Below, piece after piece: positions 6,854 through 13,543 of a stretch of DNA of 37,801 nucleotides. The notes below the pieces were generated by a model. That model saw only the letters and a program-made list of their open reading frames with translations, made no database searches and was not told where the DNA came from. The stretch covers positions 1-37,801 of IMG/VR virus record IMGVR_UViG_3300031730_000014; one strand, 5' to 3'. The stretch comes from a virus. A program made the position numbers and the translations under genes. Position 1 is the first letter of the stretch; each line of letters begins with the position of its first letter.

Positions 6854-6887
6854 GCGGCCCCGCCCTCCCGAAGGAGAGCGGGGCCGC
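6854..6887. terminator. Bidirectional terminator between convergent genes
   Basis: Hairpin GCGGCCCCGCCCTCC-CGAA-GGAGAGCGGGGCCGC (15-bp stem, 1 mismatch), followed by the T-rich attccgtttcgtatttcgtt. Confidence 0.7.
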
Positions 6888-6905
6888 ATTCCGTTTCGTA
6901 TTTCG

Positions 6906-7526
6906 TTACGGGTACTGGCGCCGGGTCGGGTCGAGACCCAAGGAGAGCAGGCCGCCGTTGCCGTTGCCCGGCTCCGGATCGGGGGCGCCGTCCTGGCGGC
7001 ACACCTTCGCATAGGGGTCGTAAGACGGGGTCTGCCACGAGTAGCCGTCGGGGCACGACTGACCGGCCGGGCCGGGCGGACCCTGCTCGCCCGTGTCGCC
7101 CTTCTCTCCGCGCTCACCCGCAGGGCCGGATGGACCTGCGGGGCCAGCGGGGCCGACGATCGATTCGCCGTCACGGCCTGGCACTCCCGAGGCGCCGGGC
7201 GCCCCCGTGGCGCTGGCCCCATCAGCGCCGGTTTTCCCGTCCTGGCCTTCTTCGCCGGCAGGGCCGGAGGGCCCAGGTGGGCCGGTCGGGCCTGGCGGTC
7301 CCGTGACCGAGGCGCCGGGCTGGCCCCGGCTGCCGGGCGGGCCGGTGACCGGGGTTCCTCCGAGGCGCTCAACCTGGTGGGCGAGCGCCCGGTTGTACTC
7401 CCGCTCTGCCTGCAGCTGGTGGCCGAGCTGGCCGCTTTGCCACCAGATGTATGCGACGAGCAGGGCGAGCATTCCGCCAATAAGGAGGGCGATCGGGTCG
7501 CGGCGGGGCACCCTGTGCGCGCTCAC
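6906..7526 (-). CDS. Membrane-anchored collagen-like (Gly-X-Y repeat) protein
   Basis: GTG start after AAGGGGGGA. N-terminal TM IALLIGGMLALLVAYIWW, then a short coiled segment, then about 100 aa of G-X-Y triplets (GPPGSRGQPG...GPPGPTGPPGPSGPAGEEGQDGKTGADG...GPAGPAGPSGPAGERGEKGDTGEQGPPGPAG). The C-terminal module contains two Cys. Confidence 0.85.
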   Translation of the reverse strand: MSAHRVPRRDPIALLIGGMLALLVAYIWWQSGQLGHQLQAEREYNRALAHQVERLGGTPVTGPPGSRGQPGASVTGPPGPTGPPGPSGPAGEEGQDGKTGADGASATGAPGASGVPGRDGESIVGPAGPAGPSGPAGERGEKGDTGEQGPPGPAGQSCPDGYSWQTPSYDPYAKVCRQDGAPDPEPGNGNGGLLSLGLDPTRRQYP

Positions 7527-7527
7527 G

Positions 7528-7839
7528 TCATGATCCCCCCTTGTTGGCGTTGTACAACTGGATCGCCAGAAGCAGCACGGGCACGACGAGACTGAAGAAG
7601 ATCAGGCGACGGTCGTTCTGCCGCTGCTTGTCCTTCTCCTCGGCCTGCTGTTCCAGCTTCGCGACCCGGCCGACGAGGGCGGTGTGCCGCTCGTCCTGCG
7701 CCTGTTGCCCGAGGCGGAGGATCTCCCCGTCGACCTTCTGGTTGACGAGCGCGACGACCCCGTGAATGTCCTCCTTGAGATCTTGGCGGACGTCCTCCAG
7801 GCGGCGGACTACTTCACCAGTCGTCGGCTCATCTGCCAC
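7528..7839 (-). CDS. Coiled-coil protein with a C-terminal transmembrane anchor (lysis-cassette associated)
   Basis: GTG start with GGAG 8 nt upstream. Sequence ...RRLEDVRQDLKEDIHGVVALVNQKVDGEILRLGQQAQDERHTALVGRVAKLEQQAEEKDKQRQNDRRLIFFSLVVPVLLLAIQLY. Confidence 0.7.
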   Translation of the reverse strand: MADEPTTGEVVRRLEDVRQDLKEDIHGVVALVNQKVDGEILRLGQQAQDERHTALVGRVAKLEQQAEEKDKQRQNDRRLIFFSLVVPVLLLAIQLYNANKGGS

Positions 7840-7855
7840 GTTCGGCTCCGATCAG

Positions 7856-8083
7856 TCAGGTGTCCGAGCGCGGGGTATGCGGTGCCGCCCATCCGGCAAC
7901 CCACGACCCGGCGGCGGGGATGAGGGCGAGCACGAACGGCTCCAGCGCGTCGGGCATACCGGAGATCAGCGACGGGTCGTCCGTGACGGCGCCGAGGATG
8001 GCCAGACCTGCGAGGCTCGCCAGGTATGCGACGGCCGAGGAGGCCTTGACCTTCTTCTCGATCGGGGCAGAGGGAGATGCCAT
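7856..8083 (-). CDS. Holin-like small membrane protein (75 aa, two hydrophobic segments)
   Basis: ATG start with GGAAGGAA upstream. AVAYLASLAGLAILGAV and FVLALIPAAGSWVAGWA are TM-like. It lies directly downstream of the endolysin. Confidence 0.6.
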   Translation of the reverse strand: MASPSAPIEKKVKASSAVAYLASLAGLAILGAVTDDPSLISGMPDALEPFVLALIPAAGSWVAGWAAPHTPRSDT

Positions 8084-8103
8084 GAGGGATCGTTCCTTCC
8101 GGG

Positions 8104-9042
8104 TCAGGTGGTGACGGTGAAGCCGTGCCGGGCGGCGAGCAGCTTCAGGGACTTCTCGCCGGGGATGCCGTCGGCTGCGTCGCCGGTGTAGCCACCGCCG
8201 GCTGGGGAGCGCTGCCAGCGGGCGTAAGCCGTGATGGTCTTCGTGCCGAAGCTGCCGTCGACGTACTGGCCGGGCAGCAGACCCTCGGCCTTGAGCGCCC
8301 GCTCGACGGTGAGGACCTCAGCCTTGTGCGAGGTGTGGCCCTGCGCGGCGGCCGGGTCGTGGCGGGCCGCGTACACGACGTGCGCCAGCGACACCTTCGG
8401 CTTGGCCGGGGTGCTGGGTGTGGTCGGGTTCGTGCCCTCAGCGGTTCCGACGAACGTCGGCCAGGAGCCGGGGTCCTGGTGGGAGTTCTCCGGGACCTGG
8501 CTGTGCCCGTACCAGCCGCCCTTCGAAGCCCACGTGGACGCGGACCGGTGGGACGTGAAGTCCGTCGGCCGGCCCATGGGCCACGAGTTCGCCACGCCCC
8601 AGGAGCTCACCCACTCTTGGAGTTCGGCCCACCCCTTGCACGGGGTGTCGACGAGCCGCGCGTACACCGTCTTCCCGACCCGGCAGTACGGGAAGAACAG
8701 GGCCTCGATCTGAATCACGACCGAGCCCGCGCGGTTGGTGCGCGTGCCGCCCGCCTGGTCGGCGAGGGACTTGGAGCGGGAGTTCGCGGGGACGAACTGG
8801 GTGATGCGGCCGGTGAACGGGTCCCACAGGATGTGCGGGGCGACCGCCTTGCCACCTCCAGCGAAGTAGGAGCGCAGGGCCTCGTAGGGGACGAGGTCGA
8901 TCGGCTTGGCCGCGGTCGCGTTCTTGTCCCAGGTGATGTGGGCGATCGCCTTGGCGGGGCCGCCGTCGGTGGCGGCGTGGTCGCCTATGTCGAGCCGGGT
9001 CGCGCCCGGCATCCACAGGTCGGGCATGGGTGCTCCAGACAT
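8104..9042 (-). CDS. Endolysin (cell-wall hydrolase with a C-terminal peptidoglycan-binding domain)
   Basis: ATG at 9042 (MSGAPMPDLWMPGATRLDIGDH...); the track's upstream extension to 9222 is Pro/Ser/Arg junk. The C-terminal GHTSHKAEVLTVERALKAEGLLPGQYVDGSFGTKTITAYARWQRS is PG_binding_1-like. The position after the tail genes supports the call. The type of N-terminal catalytic domain is unresolved. Confidence 0.75.
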   Translation of the reverse strand: MSGAPMPDLWMPGATRLDIGDHAATDGGPAKAIAHITWDKNATAAKPIDLVPYEALRSYFAGGGKAVAPHILWDPFTGRITQFVPANSRSKSLADQAGGTRTNRAGSVVIQIEALFFPYCRVGKTVYARLVDTPCKGWAELQEWVSSWGVANSWPMGRPTDFTSHRSASTWASKGGWYGHSQVPENSHQDPGSWPTFVGTAEGTNPTTPSTPAKPKVSLAHVVYAARHDPAAAQGHTSHKAEVLTVERALKAEGLLPGQYVDGSFGTKTITAYARWQRSPAGGGYTGDAADGIPGEKSLKLLAARHGFTVTT

Positions 9043-9049
9043 GACGAAA

Positions 9050-9071
9050 GCCCCGGCCGTCGGCGCGGGGC
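9050..9071 (-). terminator. Hairpin between the tail and lysis genes
   Basis: On the minus strand, GCCCCG...CGGGGC is followed by TTTCGTC, immediately before the endolysin ATG. Confidence 0.3.
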
Positions 9072-9088
9072 GTGAGGGCGGGGCGGGG

Positions 9089-9322
9089 TTACTGCAGGGG
9101 TGTCTCGTCGGTGGCGATGCGGACGATCCCGCCGTTGACGAACGGGGGCTGCGCGAGGGCCTCCGCGAAGGTGGCGAGGGCGGCCTCGACACGCTCGGCG
9201 GGGAGCATCGCGGAGGCGCCACCGACGTAGATCTCGGTGATGTCCCCGCTGTCGTTGCCGATCGTCACGCGGTAGACGACGGGGGATCCGGCGAGGCTGA
9301 TCTGGCTGGCGAACCCGGCCAT
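9089..9322 (-). CDS. Hypothetical tail-region protein (77 aa)
   Basis: ATG at 9322 after AAAGGAG. Sequence MAGFASQISLAGSPVVYRVTIGNDSGDITEIYVGGASAMLPAERVEAALATFAEALAQPPFVNGG... Confidence 0.65.
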   Translation of the reverse strand: MAGFASQISLAGSPVVYRVTIGNDSGDITEIYVGGASAMLPAERVEAALATFAEALAQPPFVNGGIVRIATDETPLQ

Positions 9323-9332
9323 GAGGCTCCTT

Positions 9333-9836
9333 TCAGGAGGCTGCTTCGTAGGTGATGCAGGCGCGCATCTGGAAACTGGCGGCCCACGTGAACGGGATGG
9401 TCGGGCTCATCGTGGACAGCCTGGACACCGGCACGAGTCCGGAATCGGGGAAGTAGCAGGCGCTCGTTGACGAGCCGCCGGTGATGAGGATGTGGCCCGC
9501 GTAACGGCTACTGCCCCCCACGGCTTGGGCGCCGCCGATCTGATTGACCCCGCTGACTGCGGCGGCCGGCATGGCGAATGCGTAGGTGCCGCTGCCGTAG
9601 GTGGTGGTGGACCCCGTCAGCAGGTCGATCACGCGGTGCACGGTCCGGCCGATTTTCAGGTAACGGCCGCTGAGGGTTCCGTTGCCGAGTACCGGGTTGG
9701 TGGTGGACGCCGTCCAGGTTGGCGTGTCCGAGGTCCAGGCGCCGAAGAAGCTGAGGAACTGGTCGCGGATCTCGGCGTTGAGCTGGGCTGCGGTGACGAC
9801 CTCTCCGACAACCCAGGTGCGCGGGGTGAAGGTCAC
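9333..9836 (-). CDS. Minor tail / tail-fibre-like protein
   Basis: The N-terminal motif TFTPRTWVVGEVVTAAQLNAEIRDQF is typical of actinophage minor tail proteins. The remainder is Gly/Ser/Thr-rich and beta-type. GTGA overlap with the upstream gene. Confidence 0.65.
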   Translation of the reverse strand: MTFTPRTWVVGEVVTAAQLNAEIRDQFLSFFGAWTSDTPTWTASTTNPVLGNGTLSGRYLKIGRTVHRVIDLLTGSTTTYGSGTYAFAMPAAAVSGVNQIGGAQAVGGSSRYAGHILITGGSSTSACYFPDSGLVPVSRLSTMSPTIPFTWAASFQMRACITYEAAS

Positions 9837-10300
9837 CGGCCGTCCTCCTCACCGTCAAGGGCCGCGGTGGCGGCCAGGTCGTCGAGCGGGTCGGCTGCGT
9901 CGTCGGGCGGCCGGTTCCAGGCCGACTCGTCGGCGGGGTTCCACCAGTTCCGGTCATGCGGCAGCAGCGCGGCCAGCTCCGCCTCGACGGCCCGCACGTC
10001 GTCGGGGAAAACCAGGGCGAACCAGCCGGCCCCGCACTCCGTGCACGCCATGCGCGGATCGTCCGGTGAGACGACCTGCGCGGAGCCGCACGGGCAGTCC
10101 GCCACCCACCGGCCGTGGTTGACCTGCGCGTACAGCCGGTGCCCGAGGATGAAGCCCTCGGGCGGGATGAGGCGGCGCTGCTGGCGCAGTTCGACCCAGC
10201 GGAACACCCGCTCCGCGGCTGGCATGAGCGCCCAGGCGTGGGCCAGTTGGTCGGGCGGCGGCAGGTAGAACGTCTCGGCGCGCACGACGGCGATGGGCAC
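9833..10300 (-). CDS. Hypothetical tail-region protein with a zinc-ribbon motif
   Basis: GTG start after AAAGGGGGGA. It contains CPCGSAQVVSPDDPRMACTECG. Confidence 0.6.
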   Translation of the reverse strand: MPIAVVRAETFYLPPPDQLAHAWALMPAAERVFRWVELRQQRRLIPPEGFILGHRLYAQVNHGRWVADCPCGSAQVVSPDDPRMACTECGAGWFALVFPDDVRAVEAELAALLPHDRNWWNPADESAWNRPPDDAADPLDDLAATAALDGEEDGR

Positions 10301-10313
10301 GGCGTCCCCCCTT

Positions 10314-13300
10314 TCAGTAGGCGAGGCGGGTGGTGGAGCCGAGGACCGAGTACGAGGCGTCGTCCAGCACCCACACCGTGTCGGTGAAGGTCTTCGACGT
10401 CTGGAACTGGAAGAGGTGCTGTTTCTCGCCGATGTCCTCGCGCCAGCCCTCGACCGTCACGGACATCGACGAGGAGGGCGCCTGGCTGGGCATCGTCGTC
10501 ACCGTGATGACGGTGGAGATGTCGGCGGCCATCAGCGCCCGGTAGGTGCCCAGGCCCATCGTGTACGCCTCGATCTTGATCCCGCGCAGCTCCAGAGACG
10601 GGCTCGAGTAGCGCTGCAGGAGCCAGTTGCCGAGGTCGGTGACGACCAGGTCGGTGGTGCACAGGGTGTCCACGGTGCGGCCCATCGGACCGCGCGCCGC
10701 CTTCGAGATGGCCTGGACCATGCGCTGTGTCGCCCCGCCCGGACGGGTCAGGGTGAGGACGTTGGCGACTTTCTGGGTGTCGTAGGCCAGCGTGAAGTCG
10801 TCCGGCTCGTAGTCGGCGTAGAGGATGCTCAGGGTGCTGGCCGGGTTGTAGCGCACGGACCGGCCTTGCAGCTTCACCGTCGGCGTGCTGCGGGAGGCGT
10901 ACACCTTCCCGGACTCGGTTCGCTCGACCTCCCGCAGGTGCTCCAGGCAGGACTTGCCCAGGGCGGCCTGTTCGGCGATCCCGGTGCTGAACGTCCCTAT
11001 GTCGGCGAAGCCCAGGCCGACGTAGGAGACCAGCCGGAAGGCGCGTTCGTCGGCGGTCTCGCCGCTGTACCCGTTGGTGCCGCACGTGTAGTGGGTGGCG
11101 ATGTCCGCGGCCGCGATGCTGGAGTCGAAGTACACGGCGACGCTGCTGATGCCGCCGTTCCACAGGTTGGAGCCGTTGTGGCTGGCCCCGACCGTGAGCG
11201 TGGACAGGTCCTGCATGGCCAGGATGCCGCCGCCGCCGGAAACGAAGGCGCCGTCCACGTACAAGCTCTGGGTGGTCTCCGTATACACGACGTGGTGCAG
11301 CTGGCCGTCGGCCAGGTTCACCGCTCCGGCCGTGGTGGTCACGGCCGCCAGGTCGGGTGTCTTCGACTCGACGGTCAGAAAGCCGGTGCCGGCGGCCAGG
11401 TAGAGGATCAGGTAGGTGGTCTTGTCGGCGCTGTGGATGGTGAGGATGTTGCGGCCCGCTGTCGACGTGGCGAACCAGGCCTCGATCAGTAGGTCTTCGG
11501 AGAACGAGCTGCCGTTGGCGCTGCCGCCCAGGCTGGCCCGCAAGTACTTCCCGGCAGAGGCCGAGGCGGGCGTGAAGAGCGGCGCACCGGCCATCCCGAG
11601 CGGGGCAGTGCCGGCGCCGAAGGTGAGGGTGCCGCCCGCCCCGGACTGCTGGATGGCGAGGGACTGCGGCCCGGTCGTCCCCGACGCGTCGCCGCCCGAG
11701 GTGGCGGTGGAGTCCTCGTCGAGGGGGTAGTACGCGTTCGGCCCCCACAGCAGGACCTCTTGGATGAGCATGGCCCGCATCTGGTCATCGGCCCGCGAGA
11801 GCACGCTGAGCACGTCGGATGCGGTGATGGTGACCTTCGAGTTGAGGCCGATGAGCTTGACCGGCCACTGGTTGACCGGCCCCCAGAACCGGCCGGACAG
11901 CTCGGCTGCGTCGAGCGCGTTCCAGGCGGTCACGGTGGCGCCCTCCTGCACCTGCACGCCGTCCACCCACACCTGGCGGCCGGACTGCGGGTAGTCAGAT
12001 GGAATGACCTGCAGAGTGTGGCTGGTCGCGGTGGCGGTGAAGGTGTAGGTGATGCGCTGCCAGTCGCCGTTGACGGTGGAGGCAGCCCCGGCGCCGCTGA
12101 TCCCCACGACGAACAGCGAGGCCGCCCGTCCCCCGGACGGCACCCACACGTAGGCGGAGGCGGTGTACTGCTGCCCGATCACCAGGCTCGTGACGACAGT
12201 CTGCACCGCGGGGAACTGGCCGCCCGGCGAGCGCAGGAACCGCACCTCGTCGACGAACAGGATGTCGCCGGCGGGGGGCGTGCTGGGCACGGTCGCGGCG
12301 ATCTGCCCGAATGCCGCGCCCGCCGGGGCGGTGAACGTGCCGCTGAAGAACGTCCAGGTGTTGGCCGTGACCGCCTGCGAGTTGAAGCTGGTGGTCAGGT
12401 AACCACCGCTGGCGTTGTACCAGTTCACGTTCAGCGACACCGTCCTGGCGGTGACGCAGCGCAGCCAGCCCTCCGCCTTGTAGGACAGGCCCTCGGTGAC
12501 CGGGAACGTCTCGGATTCCATCCGGGGCGACGACGCGATCCCGTTGGGGGTGATCTGTGCGGACCAGGTGCCGGACTGGGCGACGGTGTTGACGCGGGCC
12601 ACCGTCGCACCGTTGCCGGTCCACGGGGACAGTGCCGTCTCGAAGGTGGGGTTCGAGTTGAGGGCGCCGCCCCAGGTGATGAGCATCGAGCGGGAGCCCT
12701 GCCAGGCCCTGACCGAGGACTGCGCGAACGACGTCGAGGCGTCGCTGCCCACCGCCCACCCGCTGGTGTCCACCTCGAACGTCGGGTTCCCGACGTAGTT
12801 GAGGGCCGACGCGGTCGCGGCCTCCTCGACCATGACCGCGTCCACGGACACCAGGTCCCCAGCGGCCGGCGCCGCGTTGGGCATGACCCGCAGCGTGGCC
12901 ACCGCACCGGTCGCGGTGAACGACACCGTCAGACGGGTGTACGCGTCGTTGACCGCGGAGGCCGCCGAGTCCTGCCCGCCCGCGCGGAGCTTGACCGCGA
13001 CGTCCCCGGCCGGCACCCGCACATACGCGCTCGCCGTGTACGTCGCGCCGATCGTCAGCCCGTACACCGTCGTCTGGAAGTAGTCGCCTGCGGACGGCGA
13101 CCAGGTGACGCGGGCCGCGTTCGAGCCGACCTTGACCGCGCCAGCCGGGGCGGACACGTCGACCCCGCCGGACCATTCCCAGGTCTCGACGCTGCCGCTC
13201 TCGAAGCTGGGGTTGCGCACGAAGTTCGTGGCGACGGTGGCGATGCTCACCCGCAGCGGCACGCCGTCGACGACGTTCGGGAAGTACGGCGAGGAGCTGT

Positions 13301-13508
13301 TCTCCGGGGTGAGCGCCCCGTCCAGGTTGTCCAGGGTCAGCGTGCACGTGCCGACCTGGGTGTCCGACAGTTCGTCCTGCGCCCCGCCGGTGATCGAGAT
13401 CCCTGCGGGCATATCGACGCGGCCCGTGATGTCCGTCCAGGTGCCACCCGTTGAAACGGCATCTGTCAGTGTCGTACCGAATGCGGCTTCCACGACCACC
13501 CGTGTCAT
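10314..13508 (-). CDS. Large minor tail protein: Dit (distal tail, Sipho_tail-like) scaffold with inserted carbohydrate-binding-like modules and a LamG/ConA-like domain (1064 aa)
   Basis: The N-terminus ...GTCTLTLDNLDGALTPEN... is Dit-like. Three modules begin N(F/Y)V.NP(S/T)FE...W (aa ~95, ~236, ~283). The LamG-like segment is LLIEAWFATSTAGRNILTIHS...DGQLHHVVYTETTQSLYVDGAFV. The C-terminal tail-component region follows. The gene lies directly downstream of the tape measure. Confidence 0.8.
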   Translation of the reverse strand: MTRVVVEAAFGTTLTDAVSTGGTWTDITGRVDMPAGISITGGAQDELSDTQVGTCTLTLDNLDGALTPENSSSPYFPNVVDGVPLRVSIATVATNFVRNPSFESGSVETWEWSGGVDVSAPAGAVKVGSNAARVTWSPSAGDYFQTTVYGLTIGATYTASAYVRVPAGDVAVKLRAGGQDSAASAVNDAYTRLTVSFTATGAVATLRVMPNAAPAAGDLVSVDAVMVEEAATASALNYVGNPTFEVDTSGWAVGSDASTSFAQSSVRAWQGSRSMLITWGGALNSNPTFETALSPWTGNGATVARVNTVAQSGTWSAQITPNGIASSPRMESETFPVTEGLSYKAEGWLRCVTARTVSLNVNWYNASGGYLTTSFNSQAVTANTWTFFSGTFTAPAGAAFGQIAATVPSTPPAGDILFVDEVRFLRSPGGQFPAVQTVVTSLVIGQQYTASAYVWVPSGGRAASLFVVGISGAGAASTVNGDWQRITYTFTATATSHTLQVIPSDYPQSGRQVWVDGVQVQEGATVTAWNALDAAELSGRFWGPVNQWPVKLIGLNSKVTITASDVLSVLSRADDQMRAMLIQEVLLWGPNAYYPLDEDSTATSGGDASGTTGPQSLAIQQSGAGGTLTFGAGTAPLGMAGAPLFTPASASAGKYLRASLGGSANGSSFSEDLLIEAWFATSTAGRNILTIHSADKTTYLILYLAAGTGFLTVESKTPDLAAVTTTAGAVNLADGQLHHVVYTETTQSLYVDGAFVSGGGGILAMQDLSTLTVGASHNGSNLWNGGISSVAVYFDSSIAAADIATHYTCGTNGYSGETADERAFRLVSYVGLGFADIGTFSTGIAEQAALGKSCLEHLREVERTESGKVYASRSTPTVKLQGRSVRYNPASTLSILYADYEPDDFTLAYDTQKVANVLTLTRPGGATQRMVQAISKAARGPMGRTVDTLCTTDLVVTDLGNWLLQRYSSPSLELRGIKIEAYTMGLGTYRALMAADISTVITVTTMPSQAPSSSMSVTVEGWREDIGEKQHLFQFQTSKTFTDTVWVLDDASYSVLGSTTRLAY

Positions 13509-13543
13509 CCGTGCACCCCTTCACCAGGGCAGCCCCGGCCCGC

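Noticed and set aside
7060-7350. Tandem DNA repeat or VNTR in the GGN-rich stretch
   Set aside because: The periodicity is the Gly-X-Y codon pattern of the collagen-like CDS. The units are not identical at the DNA level, so it is a coding feature rather than a separate repeat element.
5960-7595. Plus-strand ORFs 5960..7306 and 6432..7595, and minus-strand ORFs 6181..7056 and 6623..7480
   Set aside because: They have low-complexity Arg/Pro/Ser composition and overlap the well-supported GntR gene and the collagen-like gene. The apparent openness results from GC-rich and GGN-repeat sequence.
8104-9222. N-terminal extensions offered by the ORF track for several genes (endolysin to 9222, protease to 23699, 19241..20086, lipoprotein to 27130, 35019..35837, 32036..32992, 1957..2376)
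   Set aside because: The extended parts are Pro/Arg/Ser-rich and overlap the preceding genes. In each case an internal start with a Shine-Dalgarno sequence and/or a GTGA/ATGA overlap gives a protein that begins where recognisable sequence begins.
9508-13524. Very long ORFs overlapping the tail gene in other frames or on the other strand (9508..11748 minus, 10293..11492 plus, 11760..13454 plus, 11995..13524 minus)
   Set aside because: Their translations are dominated by Arg/Pro/Gly/His runs, typical of off-frame reading of 70% GC DNA. The 10314..13508 frame instead gives a coherent tail protein with recognisable domains, an RBS and tight coupling to its neighbours.
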